NCBI GenBank assembly: GCA_964504025.1
Contig: CAZDCO010000001.1
Location: 1,397 to 65,396, forward strand
Length of the DNA stretch: 64,000 nucleotides
Origin: an uncultured Clostridia bacterium
GTDB lineage: Bacteria > Bacillota > Clostridia > Christensenellales > Borkfalkiaceae
Direction: 5' to 3'
How positions within the stretch are numbered: the first letter of the stretch is position 1; each line of letters begins with the position of its first letter. Below are positions 20,175 to 28,712 of this stretch, piece after piece. The notes beneath the pieces were generated by a model. The model did not search any database, was not told the DNA's origin, and saw only the letters and a list, made by a program, of their open reading frames with translations. The translations under genes and the position numbers were made by a program.

Positions 20175-21203
20175 ATGGCTGAAAAAAATACGGAGAAAAT
20201 GAAAGCGTTAGACGCCGTTTTGTTGCAAATCGAAAAGCAATACGGCAAAGGCTCGATTATGCGTTTGGGCGATGAGGCGGGAAAAACGGAAATCGACGTA
20301 ATTCCTTCCGGTTGCTTGACGTTGGATCTCGCGCTCGGAATCGGCGGTTTTCCGCGCGGTAGAATTATAGAAATCTACGGACCGGAATCTTCGGGTAAAA
20401 CGACGGTAGCGTTGCACGCCATTGCGGAAGCGCAAAAGATGGGGGGCGTGGCTGCGTTCATCGACGCCGAACACGCACTCGATCCCGTTTACGCGAAAAA
20501 ATTAGGGGTAAATTTGGACGACTTGTACGTTTCCCAACCGGACACGGGCGAACAAGCCCTTGACATCACCGACGCCCTCGTAAGAAGCTCGGCGGTGGAT
20601 ATTATCGTCGTGGACTCGGTAGCCGCGTTGACGCCTAAGGCGGAAATCGAAGGGGATATGGGAGACACGCACGTAGGTTTGCAGGCGCGTTTGATGTCGC
20701 AGGCGTTGCGTAAATTGACGGCGATCGTCAATAAATCGAAGACGTGCGTTATCTTTATCAATCAGTTGCGTGAAAAAGTCGGCGTAATGTTCGGCAACCC
20801 CGAAACGACGCCGGGCGGTAAAGCTTTGAAATTCTACGCCAGCGTTCGTTTGGATATCCGTAAGATGGATACCTTGAAAGACGCGGACGGCGCAATGGGC
20901 AACCGCACGAAAGCAAAGGTAGTGAAAAACAAACTCGCGCCTCCTTTCCGTCAGGCGGAATTCGATATCGTCTTCGGTGAAGGCATTTCGCAGGAAGGCT
21001 GCATTATGGACTTGGGCGTGCAGTACGACATTATCGGCAAGAGCGGTTCGTTCTTTAGCTATAACGGCGCGAAAGTGGCGCAAGGCAAGGAAAAAATGCG
21101 TTTGTATCTGAAAGAAAACCCCGAAGTGCGCGCGGAGATCGAACAAAAAATTCGCGATGCGGCAAAGGGCAAAACGACGGAAGAAGAAATGGAAGAAAAA
21201 TAA
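20175..21203 (+). CDS. recA: Recombinase RecA
   Basis: [23 protein letters not shown] and the [10 protein letters not shown]-loop. It is canonical RecA throughout. Confidence 0.98.
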   Translation: MAEKNTEKMKALDAVLLQIEKQYGKGSIMRLGDEAGKTEIDVIPSGCLTLDLALGIGGFPRGRIIEIYGPESSGKTTVALHAIAEAQKMGGVAAFIDAEHALDPVYAKKLGVNLDDLYVSQPDTGEQALDITDALVRSSAVDIIVVDSVAALTPKAEIEGDMGDTHVGLQARLMSQALRKLTAIVNKSKTCVIFINQLREKVGVMFGNPETTPGGKALKFYASVRLDIRKMDTLKDADGAMGNRTKAKVVKNKLAPPFRQAEFDIVFGEGISQEGCIMDLGVQYDIIGKSGSFFSYNGAKVAQGKEKMRLYLKENPEVRAEIEQKIRDAAKGKTTEEEMEEK

Positions 21204-21214
21204 TTCGTTTACGA

Positions 21215-21249
21215 AAAACGGGAGCGTAAAGTCGCGCACCCGTTTTTTT
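21215..21249 (+). terminator. Rho-independent terminator after recA
   Basis: AAAACGGG...CCCGTTTTTTT. Confidence 0.7.
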
Positions 21250-21312
21250 CTATGCAAAGCACATACCGCGAGAAATTTTTTGCGAATACGTAAACTATTT
21301 TCTTTCAAATCA

Positions 21313-21341
21313 TTGACTTTTCGTAAAATATATTGTAAAAT
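21313..21341 (+). promoter_or_regulatory. Sigma-A-type promoter for rny
   Basis: TTGACT, a 17-nt spacer, then TAAAAT with an upstream TG. Confidence 0.6.
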
Positions 21342-21440
21342 GGAATAGATAGAAGTGATTATAATTCGGAACGCTATACCGTTCCGTTGTGATATCGAAT
21401 TTTATCAATCATTAATTTTAATACAGGAGGCACAAACAAC

Positions 21441-23051
21441 ATGCACAACGTTACTTTGAGCGTCCTGTTTCTCAGTGTTACGACGCCGATAGCGATCGCG
21501 ATTGCCGCGGTTGCGCTCGTCGGAGGCGTAGCACTCGGTTGGCTGATATATCAAACGATCAGCAAGAAGAAGGTAGGCTCTACCAAAGCGCAAATTTCCA
21601 AGCTTATCAGCGAAGCGGAAGCGGAAGCGGAACGCATCAAGGCGCAGGGCAAGGAAGAAAGCAAGCGCGCGTTAAAGGAAGCGCTTATCGAAGCAAAGGA
21701 ACAGGACTTAAAATTAAGAAACGATTTTGAACGCGAAACGAAGGAAAAGAAAGCGGAGTTGCAACGCTTTGAACAACGCGTAACGCAAAAAGAGGACGCG
21801 TTAGACAAGAAGTCCGACTTGCTTGACCAACAAAAAGCACAGCTGTTCAAAGAAGAAGAAGAGGTGCGCTTGTTGCAAGACAAGCTCAACTCCCAACACG
21901 AATTGATGATTCAGGAGTTGGAGAAGGTAGCGCAACTCACCCGAGACGAGGCAAAACGCCTGTTGTCCGAAGAAATTTTGGATAGCGTTCGCCACGATGT
22001 CGCGTTGCAAGTCCGCAATTTGGAACAACAAGCCAAGGAAGAAGCGGACATCAATGCCAAGAAGATCATTTCTCTTGCCATTCAAAAATGCGCCGCGGAT
22101 CAGGCTTCGGAAATCACCGTTTCCGTCGTACCCCTGCCCAGCGACGACATGAAAGCCCGTATTATCGGCCGCGAGGGTAGAAACATTCGCGCGATCGAAA
22201 ACGCAACGGGTATCGAATTGATTATCGACGACACGCCCGAAGTGGTCATCTTGTCGGGTTTTGATCCCGTTCGCCGCGAGATTGCGCGGTTGTCCTTGGA
22301 ACGCTTGATCAACGACGGTCGTATCCACCCGGCTCGTATCGAAGAAACGGTTGACAAAGTTTCACGTGAAATGGATCAACAAATCAAGGAGGCAGGCGAA
22401 GCCGCCGTGTTCGAAGCAGGCGTATTCGGTTTGCACCCCGAATTGATCAAGTTGATCGGTCGTTTGAAATTCAGAACGAGTTACGGTCAAAATGTATACA
22501 AACACTCGATGGAAGTATCCATGCTGGCAGGACAAATGGCAGCGGAACTCGGTTTAGACGTGAACTTTGCAAAGCGCGCAGGTTTGTTGCACGATATCGG
22601 TAAGGCGGTAGACCAAGAACAAGAGGGTACGCATATCCAAATCGGTGCGGACTTGGCGAGAAAGTATAAAGAAAACGCCAATATCGTCAACGCGATCATG
22701 GCGCACCACGGCGACGTCGAACCGAAAACGATCGAAGCGGTACTCATTCAAGCCGCCGACGCCATTTCCGGTGCACGCCCCGGCGCACGTCGCGAAACGG
22801 GCAGCAACTACGTAAAACGCTTGGAGAAGTTGGAAGAAATCGCTTCGAGCTTTAACGGAGTAGAAAAGAGCTACGCCATTCAAGCGGGTAGAGAAGTCCG
22901 CGTTATGGTGAAGCCCGAACAGGTAGACGACGCGCAGGCGTTGTTCTTGGCGAAAGATATCGCCAAGAAGATCGAAACGGAGTTAGAATATCCCGGTCAG
23001 ATCAAAGTCAACGTCATCAGAGAATTCCGCGGCGTCGAATACGCGAAGTAA
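21441..23051 (+). CDS. rny: Ribonuclease Y
   Basis: N-terminal TM helix, coiled-coil region, KH domain ([13 protein letters not shown]), HD domain (LLHDIGKA...HH), and a position after recA. Confidence 0.96.
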   Translation: MHNVTLSVLFLSVTTPIAIAIAAVALVGGVALGWLIYQTISKKKVGSTKAQISKLISEAEAEAERIKAQGKEESKRALKEALIEAKEQDLKLRNDFERETKEKKAELQRFEQRVTQKEDALDKKSDLLDQQKAQLFKEEEEVRLLQDKLNSQHELMIQELEKVAQLTRDEAKRLLSEEILDSVRHDVALQVRNLEQQAKEEADINAKKIISLAIQKCAADQASEITVSVVPLPSDDMKARIIGREGRNIRAIENATGIELIIDDTPEVVILSGFDPVRREIARLSLERLINDGRIHPARIEETVDKVSREMDQQIKEAGEAAVFEAGVFGLHPELIKLIGRLKFRTSYGQNVYKHSMEVSMLAGQMAAELGLDVNFAKRAGLLHDIGKAVDQEQEGTHIQIGADLARKYKENANIVNAIMAHHGDVEPKTIEAVLIQAADAISGARPGARRETGSNYVKRLEKLEEIASSFNGVEKSYAIQAGREVRVMVKPEQVDDAQALFLAKDIAKKIETELEYPGQIKVNVIREFRGVEYAK

Positions 23052-23078
23052 TACGCGAAAGCATACGAATAAAACGAA

Positions 23079-23116
23079 AAAGAGAGGGTAGCCCGTCGGT
23101 TGCGCCCTCTTTTTTC
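23079..23116 (+). terminator. Rho-independent terminator after rny
   Basis: AGAGGG...CCCTCT stem followed by TTTTT. Confidence 0.7.
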
Positions 23117-23167
23117 GCTATGGAAACGGCGGCGCGCGAAAAGCTCGGAAAAATCAGCGAAAAATGC

Positions 23168-23196
23168 TTGACTTTTCTTTTTTCATAATGTATAAT
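23168..23196 (+). promoter_or_regulatory. Consensus sigma-A promoter of the fibre locus
   Basis: TTGACT (23168-23173), a 17-nt spacer, then TATAAT (23191-23196). Confidence 0.75.
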
Positions 23197-23207
23197 ACCG
23201 ATAGATA

Positions 23208-23290
23208 CACGAGAATAGCAAAATAGTCGTAAGGCTATCACGCAAAGCTATAGGGGCTTGTGTTTATACGTAAGTCAGCCAGTTGCCGAA
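23208..23290 (+). promoter_or_regulatory. c-di-GMP-I (GEMM-I)-like riboswitch aptamer #1
   Basis: AGCAAAAUAGUC-GUAA-GGCUAUCACGCAAAGCUAUAGGGGC...AAGUCAGCCAGUUGCC. It has the GCAAA element, a GNRA-capped hairpin, the ACGCAAAGC junction and a 3' AGCCnGUUGCC as remembered for GEMM-I. It lies just downstream of the promoter. Confidence 0.8.
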
Positions 23291-23322
23291 TGAATCCCAC
23301 GAGGGTTACGTTCGGCTTTTTT
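23285..23322 (+). terminator. Expression-platform terminator of riboswitch #1
   Basis: GCCGAA...TTCGGC followed by TTTTTT. Its 5' arm overlaps the 3' end of the aptamer, and it ends about 20 nt before ATG 23342. Confidence 0.7.
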
Positions 23323-23341
23323 GTTGCCAAAAGGAAACGCT

Positions 23342-24151
23342 ATGCAAGAAATTACGAGAAAAAAACTGAAAATCGTATCGTCGTTGATTATGTGCGTATT
23401 AAGCCTTTTCTCCGTCGTTTCTCTCTCCCTTGCATGGTTCGCCGTCAATGGCTCCACGCGCGGCGACGGCATGGACGTCGTCGTTCGTAACGAAACGTGC
23501 GTTCTCGGTACGACCTACTATAAAATTACGAAAACGACCGACGGCAAGTACGCCTTGGGTACGGCGCAAACGGAGCTTTCCTTGGGCAAATATAACGCCT
23601 TGGATAACGATTATTCGGTGTTGCTTAAAATCTATCTTGACGCGTCGGCGTTGGAAAAAACGGTACACCTTGCCGCGGAAACGACCACGTCCTATTTCTT
23701 GGGCGACGGCGAACATCCGCTGTTGCCGCCCTCGGCGAGCGATAATACGCACCCCGATACGACGGGAAAGGGGTACACCAACGCTTTGTCGAGTATCGTA
23801 GCTTTTGCCGTGTTGACGCCGCAGGAAGTTGCCGCCGTAAAGGGGAGTACCCTCGCGCAAATTCCCACGCAAAACCGCTTGACTTCGTTGATCGATCAAA
23901 CCACGCAAAAACCGCAAAATAGCGTCAACGTGTCGCAAGACGGCGCAACGTCGCTGTCGTTGAGCGACGATAACTATAACGGACAGGCGTGTAAGGCGAT
24001 ATACGTCGTGATCACCTACGACGATTTGCTCGTTACCACCGTCTTTTCCGCCAATATCGGCAACGACGTAATGTCCACGACGGACGACGGCGGCGAGTCC
24101 GTTCCCATTCCCTTCGAACGCGATTTCACCTTGTTCGTAGACGTGCAGTAA
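23342..24151 (+). CDS. Secreted protein with a SipW/TasA-type 'AWF' signal peptide (TasA/camelysin-like candidate), 269 aa
   Basis: N-terminus KKLKIVSSLIMCVLSLFSVVSLSLAWFAVNGSTRGDGMDVVV. The same AWF...GM(D/N)V pattern occurs in the 28713 gene, and SipW peptidases are encoded in the same operon. Confidence 0.6.
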   Translation: MQEITRKKLKIVSSLIMCVLSLFSVVSLSLAWFAVNGSTRGDGMDVVVRNETCVLGTTYYKITKTTDGKYALGTAQTELSLGKYNALDNDYSVLLKIYLDASALEKTVHLAAETTTSYFLGDGEHPLLPPSASDNTHPDTTGKGYTNALSSIVAFAVLTPQEVAAVKGSTLAQIPTQNRLTSLIDQTTQKPQNSVNVSQDGATSLSLSDDNYNGQACKAIYVVITYDDLLVTTVFSANIGNDVMSTTDDGGESVPIPFERDFTLFVDVQ

Positions 24152-24218
24152 AAATAGCGAAACGCCTATACCAGTGTCGAGTTCACTATAAAAATACGAT
24201 AAAAGGAGGTACGAAAAA

Positions 24219-26735
24219 ATGAAAAAACTAACGACGGCTTTCGTAACGTTTTTAGCCGCTTTGCTCGCATTCACCGCGACCACGCTCGCGTGGTTTTCTA
24301 TGCGCGCACAAGTCCCTTTTCCTACCAACTTTTACGGCTCGACGCAAGCAGCCTACTTTGCAGGCGGCAACGGCAGCAAAGACGAGCCGTATACGATCAG
24401 CGCCCCCGTCCACCTCTACAATTTGGCTTGGTTGCAATACCTTGGCTATTTCAACCTCAAAGACGGCTTCAATAACGGTAGGGCGCAAAGCTTCTTCAAG
24501 CTGGAAAATTCCTTCTCGTGCAACGCCCTCGTCCTGCCTCCGATCGGCACGGCGGAATATCCCTTTATCGGCAACTTCGACGGCAACGGCAAAGTTCTCA
24601 CCAACGTTACCGTCTCCAACTATAAAAACGGCGATAACGGCTTTTCTCGTTATCCCGATAAGGCGCAGTTCAACGCCACGACGAACCTCTTGCTTTCCTC
24701 CAACTCCTCCAACGATAGCGAAGTGTCGATCGTCGGCTTGTTCGGCGTTACGGGCAATTATAACGACTTCGTAACGCAAAAATATGCCTCCGTAACGAAA
24801 AAAGATAGCGAAGAAACGCCTGCCCAAAATACGGCAATGGTAACGGAAACGGAGTTCGCTTACGGCAATATGCAGGTAAAAGACTTCTACGTGAATAACC
24901 TCCACGTGAACAGTCAGTCTGAAAAAACGCTGGTCGGGTTGGTTGCAGGCTACGTTCGCGGCAGCGTGAATAACGTCGGCGTGTACGCGTGCGATATGCA
25001 GCTGAAAAAAGGCGCACAGGGCTTGGAAGAGAATTCTTCCACCGTGTCCCATTACGCCATCGTAGGCAATTACGACGATAGCAAGGTAGAGTGGGAAGAA
25101 AAGCCGATCGGAGGCGTACAGGGCGATAGCGCGGCTTGGGGCGGCTCTATCGATATGCGTACGCTGAATAGAAGAATTACGTATATGTTTGCGGCGGCGG
25201 GAAAAGTAAATGCTACACGCTTGGAAATATCGGATGACAATTTTGGTCTTTCCGCTTCTCGTGTATCGGCTAGTGAGTATTATTGGAATAGAACAGACAC
25301 TTCGTCTTATGCGTTTATATATATCAATGACGGCACTGTGTTGCCACTTAACGTGGATAAATCCAAAATGGGTTTAGATAAAATGGTTTTAGATGAAAGC
25401 GATGAAGTGTTGATAAATAAAGAAGAAATAAAAGGTCTTCACTGCAATACATATTATCAAACATATACGCAAGAGGTAATCAGCTCGACGAATACGGGGT
25501 ATATCGTGGGTTATGGAAAGGATGCGAAATCAAGCATAAGAGCACGTATACAGCCCTTGGCTTCTTCTAACGACGGTGGTATTTATCGTTCGTTAGGATA
25601 TTCGGAGGCGCAAAAAGGATATTCGGAGGCGCAAAAAGACAAGTCTATTCAGTACAACGATGACCATAAAGAGAAATTCGAAATGTTGACCATTGCGTTT
25701 AATGCAGACGGAACGTCGTATAATACTTATCGCATCAAGGACGACGTAAACGGTTCCAAAGATACTACGGCGTTTGATAGCGTAACACAAAAGGGATACG
25801 CAGATTTAGGACTGAACGGATATCAAAGCGTGCGTACAAATTTCGACGCGTCCATGGAAAATTCGTACATGATACACGGCTTTCACTTTCAAAAAGCTTT
25901 ATCGGCTCAAACTGCAACTTCCTATGAAACGGTAAATAAAAACGTGACGTTGTGCGGCGAAGAAAAAACGAACTACTCGTTGATAAAAGGCGGCGTAAAC
26001 TTTACGCTGGAACAAGGCGGTACAATTAAGGCGATTTTAGGTTCGTATTATACGGGCGATGCGAATTCAATGTTCGATCTTTATCGAGTAGAAAGACAGG
26101 AGAACGCAACGGGCGGATATTCGATCAAAAGTTTTCAACGTCTCAGTAAAATATATAAAGACGCTGACGGTAAGCTTAGTTACATATATGAGAACGATAG
26201 CAGCACAACGGATACGGACGGTTTAACCTTGGTGTTTGATTTTGACGCCTTGACAAAGGAAGCCGTTTTAATGAAGAACGCCGCGTACTATTTTGAGATT
26301 CCCGTAACGGCAGGCGATTACGTTATGGGTGCGGATAAGGAATCTTCCGAGTCCAACGCCTACCTTATGTATTTGGATATCGGCGCGAACGGCGGTAACG
26401 ACGGTAGCGACGGCGGTTCGACGGGCGCAACGAAACCGTACGATATCGCTTCGGTCGATTTCGTCAGCGCGCAAGCGGATGCCCACTTCGCCGTACCGCA
26501 AAAGGACGGCGCGACGTACTTTCCGCAATACGCAGACGTAACGTTCTCCGTGTCGTCGGTTACGGAAAAAGCGGTGGTGAAATATCGCCGCGCCGAGTAC
26601 GCGGCGGACGATCTTGCCAACGCCCAAACGACGCCCATTGCGTCCGTGTTGAAATACTATTGCGAAAACGTAACGCTTACGCCTGCGTACGGAAGCGGCG
26701 GCAAGGCGGAAGAGGACGAAAGCTTGAAAAATTAG
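24219..26735 (+). CDS. Large secreted protein (838 aa) with an 'AWF' SipW-type signal and a GLUG/beta-helix-like adhesin module
   Basis: N-terminus LLAFTATTLAWFSMRAQV. The motif EPYTISAPVHLYNLAWL...PPIGTAEYPFIGNFDGNGKVLTNVTVSN matches the common surface-protein module (PIG..F.G.FDGNG..I.NL). An AAGGAGG RBS is present. Confidence 0.6.
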   Translation: MKKLTTAFVTFLAALLAFTATTLAWFSMRAQVPFPTNFYGSTQAAYFAGGNGSKDEPYTISAPVHLYNLAWLQYLGYFNLKDGFNNGRAQSFFKLENSFSCNALVLPPIGTAEYPFIGNFDGNGKVLTNVTVSNYKNGDNGFSRYPDKAQFNATTNLLLSSNSSNDSEVSIVGLFGVTGNYNDFVTQKYASVTKKDSEETPAQNTAMVTETEFAYGNMQVKDFYVNNLHVNSQSEKTLVGLVAGYVRGSVNNVGVYACDMQLKKGAQGLEENSSTVSHYAIVGNYDDSKVEWEEKPIGGVQGDSAAWGGSIDMRTLNRRITYMFAAAGKVNATRLEISDDNFGLSASRVSASEYYWNRTDTSSYAFIYINDGTVLPLNVDKSKMGLDKMVLDESDEVLINKEEIKGLHCNTYYQTYTQEVISSTNTGYIVGYGKDAKSSIRARIQPLASSNDGGIYRSLGYSEAQKGYSEAQKDKSIQYNDDHKEKFEMLTIAFNADGTSYNTYRIKDDVNGSKDTTAFDSVTQKGYADLGLNGYQSVRTNFDASMENSYMIHGFHFQKALSAQTATSYETVNKNVTLCGEEKTNYSLIKGGVNFTLEQGGTIKAILGSYYTGDANSMFDLYRVERQENATGGYSIKSFQRLSKIYKDADGKLSYIYENDSSTTDTDGLTLVFDFDALTKEAVLMKNAAYYFEIPVTAGDYVMGADKESSESNAYLMYLDIGANGGNDGSDGGSTGATKPYDIASVDFVSAQADAHFAVPQKDGATYFPQYADVTFSVSSVTEKAVVKYRRAEYAADDLANAQTTPIASVLKYYCENVTLTPAYGSGGKAEEDESLKN
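25596..25637 (+). repeat. In-frame 21-bp tandem repeat x2 (GYSEAQK GYSEAQK)
   Basis: GGATATTCGGAGGCGCAAAAA occurs twice in tandem inside the 838-aa gene. Confidence 0.9.
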
Positions 26736-26766
26736 CAATAAATTTGTGAAAAAGCCGTTAAAACGT

Positions 26767-26795
26767 TTGACGGTCGTAAACAAAAATGCTAAAAT
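26767..26795 (+). promoter_or_regulatory. Internal sigma-A promoter
   Basis: TTGACG (26767-26772), a 17-nt spacer ending in TGC, then TAAAAT (26790-26795). Confidence 0.7.
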
Positions 26796-26809
26796 AAATA
26801 TACAAACGA

Positions 26810-26886
26810 AATATTTTTTGGCAAAACCGTCGCGAGGCGGTGACGCAAAGCCATAGGACTTTTAACAGTTAGCTAGGTTGCAATTA
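26810..26886 (+). promoter_or_regulatory. c-di-GMP-I (GEMM-I)-like riboswitch aptamer #2
   Basis: GGCAAAACCGUC-GCGA-GGCGGUGACGCAAAGCCAUAGGAC...AGCUAGGUUGC. It has the same architecture as #1, with a GNRA-capped hairpin and the ACGCAAAGC core. Confidence 0.75.
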
Positions 26887-26920
26887 CGTATTCCAAGTAC
26901 GTTTTTGCGACCTTTTTTCT
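26879..26920 (+). terminator. Candidate expression-platform terminator of riboswitch #2
   Basis: GCAATTACGT...ACGTTTTTGC forms an imperfect stem (8 of 10 pairs) followed by GACCTTTTTT. Its 5' arm overlaps the aptamer 3' end. Confidence 0.45.
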
Positions 26921-26951
26921 TTACTTTTGCTTCCAAAGGAGTGTATTCCGC

Positions 26952-27761
26952 GTGACGACAGGCGATTTTCAAAAACTGAATACGTACGTGCAATACACCG
27001 TGCACAGCGGCGTGCAACCGATCGAATTGCTTTTTCAGCCCGTGCTCGATTGCTATTCGGCTGCTCCCGTGGCGTATCGCGTCGTCGTTCGGGTGAATAG
27101 TCTCACGACGGGCGTTTTGAATCCCGACGACTATTTATCCGCTTCGGTAGACGAGGAAACGCTACACGCTTTCACCGATCGCGCGATCCGAAAAACGGCG
27201 GCGGCGCAACTTGCGTTGCAAACTTCAAACGTACGCTTTTCGCACCTGTTCGTGCGCTGTCCGTCCTCATTCGTGTACGCGGCGGACTTGTATACGCGCT
27301 TAAAACTCGCGCTCGGTAGCGGCGGAGTGCGTGAAAGCAAACTGAGTTTAGAATTTGACGGTTCGGTTATGGACGCGGATAAGCCCACGTTACAACGCGC
27401 GTTCGCCGATATTCGCGCGGCAGGCTGCACGGTTGCCGTGAACGGCTACGGCGGTTTGCACTTCTCCATGGAAAAATTGCTCGCGGTTTGTCCCGATCAA
27501 CTCTTCTTGGACGAGAGTATCGCCGCTTTGACGACGGATAAAGAAAAACGGGCGGCGGTTGCTCCGCTGATCAACTTCGCCAAGAGTTTGGGCGGCGAGC
27601 TGATTGCTTGCGGCGTTGCCGACGACGAACACTTGCGAGAGTTCCGCTCGCGCGACTGTATCGGTTTTTTACCCGACGGAAGTTATCACGGCGCGTTGAC
27701 GGTGGACGACGGTTTGCATACGCTCGTTGCACTTTGCAAGGAGGGAACGGAAAATGTTTAA
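26952..27761 (+). CDS. Stand-alone EAL-like domain protein with degenerate catalytic motifs (GTG start)
   Basis: It shows EAL-fold spacing (FQPV..., LSLEFDGS, VAVNGYGG, LFLDESI, ACGVADDEHL, IGFL), but the EAL, N, DDFGTG, K, EGVE and QGY positions are all substituted. Confidence 0.6.
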   Translation: MTTGDFQKLNTYVQYTVHSGVQPIELLFQPVLDCYSAAPVAYRVVVRVNSLTTGVLNPDDYLSASVDEETLHAFTDRAIRKTAAAQLALQTSNVRFSHLFVRCPSSFVYAADLYTRLKLALGSGGVRESKLSLEFDGSVMDADKPTLQRAFADIRAAGCTVAVNGYGGLHFSMEKLLAVCPDQLFLDESIAALTTDKEKRAAVAPLINFAKSLGGELIACGVADDEHLREFRSRDCIGFLPDGSYHGALTVDDGLHTLVALCKEGTENV

Positions 27762-28524
27762 CGAAAAACGACCGCTCACTTCGATCAAAAAGAACGCGCA
27801 AGCCACGAAACGCACTCGTCGTTACGTAAAAATACTTTCGCCCGTCATCGGGCTGGTGCTGGCGGTGCTGATCATTGCCTACGTAGCGTCCTTGCTCTTT
27901 TCGCAATACGGCAGCTTTACAATTACGGTAAAAGACTACGCCGATCGTAGCTACGCGCTTACTCTTTCCGAAAGCTCGTCCTTCCAAACGAGTACGTCGA
28001 AATTGACGGCGGAAGAAGTGAAAAATATCAACAACATAACCTACACGTCTTTACCGAACGACTTGAACGACGTAGACGGACCGCATAGCGGAAATGATTA
28101 TCTCGCTTATACCTTCTACGTGAAAAACGTCGGGGAAAAGACTTGCGATTATACCTATCGTTTGGCGATTACGCGCGCAACGGTGGGGATAGACGCGGCT
28201 GTTCGCGTCCGAATCTACTTCACGCCCGATTTTTACAAAGCGGATACGCAAACGTATAACCGCGGCGGCGAGTATATCGACTACGCAAAGCCCAAAACGG
28301 GCGGCAACGGCGAGGCGGAAGTCGATCCGGGCAACCGAGTGATGACCAACTTCTTCAATGCGGAAGTCGTGGCGCAACGAACGGTGAAAGACTTTGCCGT
28401 CGGCGACGTGGCGAAATTTACCGTGGTGATTTGGTTAGAGGGCGAAGACCCCGATTGCACGGACGACGTGCTTGGCGGCGTATTCAAAACGGACATGGAT
28501 ATCGCGATTGAAAGCGAATCATAA
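27754..28524 (+). CDS. Membrane-anchored extracellular protein (256 aa), possible fibre accessory or anchor
   Basis: A GGAGGGAA RBS precedes the ATG, which overlaps the upstream stop by 8 nt. The protein has a basic N-terminus, one TM helix (ILSPVIGLVLAVLIIAYVASLLF) and a beta-rich ectodomain ending FTVVIWLEGEDPDCTDDVLGG. Confidence 0.5.
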   Translation: MFNEKRPLTSIKKNAQATKRTRRYVKILSPVIGLVLAVLIIAYVASLLFSQYGSFTITVKDYADRSYALTLSESSSFQTSTSKLTAEEVKNINNITYTSLPNDLNDVDGPHSGNDYLAYTFYVKNVGEKTCDYTYRLAITRATVGIDAAVRVRIYFTPDFYKADTQTYNRGGEYIDYAKPKTGGNGEAEVDPGNRVMTNFFNAEVVAQRTVKDFAVGDVAKFTVVIWLEGEDPDCTDDVLGGVFKTDMDIAIESES

Positions 28525-28568
28525 ACGCAACCCGTTCCAAACGCGGCTTTTTCGGTTTTCTCTTGACG

Positions 28569-28636
28569 AAGCAATCCATTCCCTGCAACGAGGGAAAACG
28601 GAAAGCCGCGCAAGGATATACCCGAAGCCGATTGAG
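28569..28636 (+). promoter_or_regulatory. Possible degenerate GEMM-I-like leader element (#3)
   Basis: AAGCAAUCC-[UUCCCU GCAAC GAGGGAA]-AACGGAAAGCC...AGCCGAUUG. It has the same order of elements as #1 and #2, but ACGGAAAGC replaces ACGCAAAGC and the 3' hairpin is short. Confidence 0.3.
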
Positions 28637-28712
28637 TATATATACCTTTGATATTTACCGCGAAAGGTGCATTCGCGGCAAAGATAAAAAAAATTTTTTA
28701 GGAGTACAAAAA

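Noticed and set aside
28563-28712. 50-codon N-terminal extension of the major-subunit ORF, and the 23321 start for the first fibre gene.
   Set aside because: The extensions run through leader and riboswitch or terminator sequence. Internal ATGs at 28713 and 23342 have proper RBSs and give canonical signal peptides.
28525-28712. A c-di-GMP-II riboswitch in the leader of the major-subunit gene.
   Set aside because: I could not match the features I remember for class II (a GGAAAC...GGGCAC...GUGCAACCGACC-type pseudoknot or kink-turn). Only a loose class-I-like arrangement is visible.
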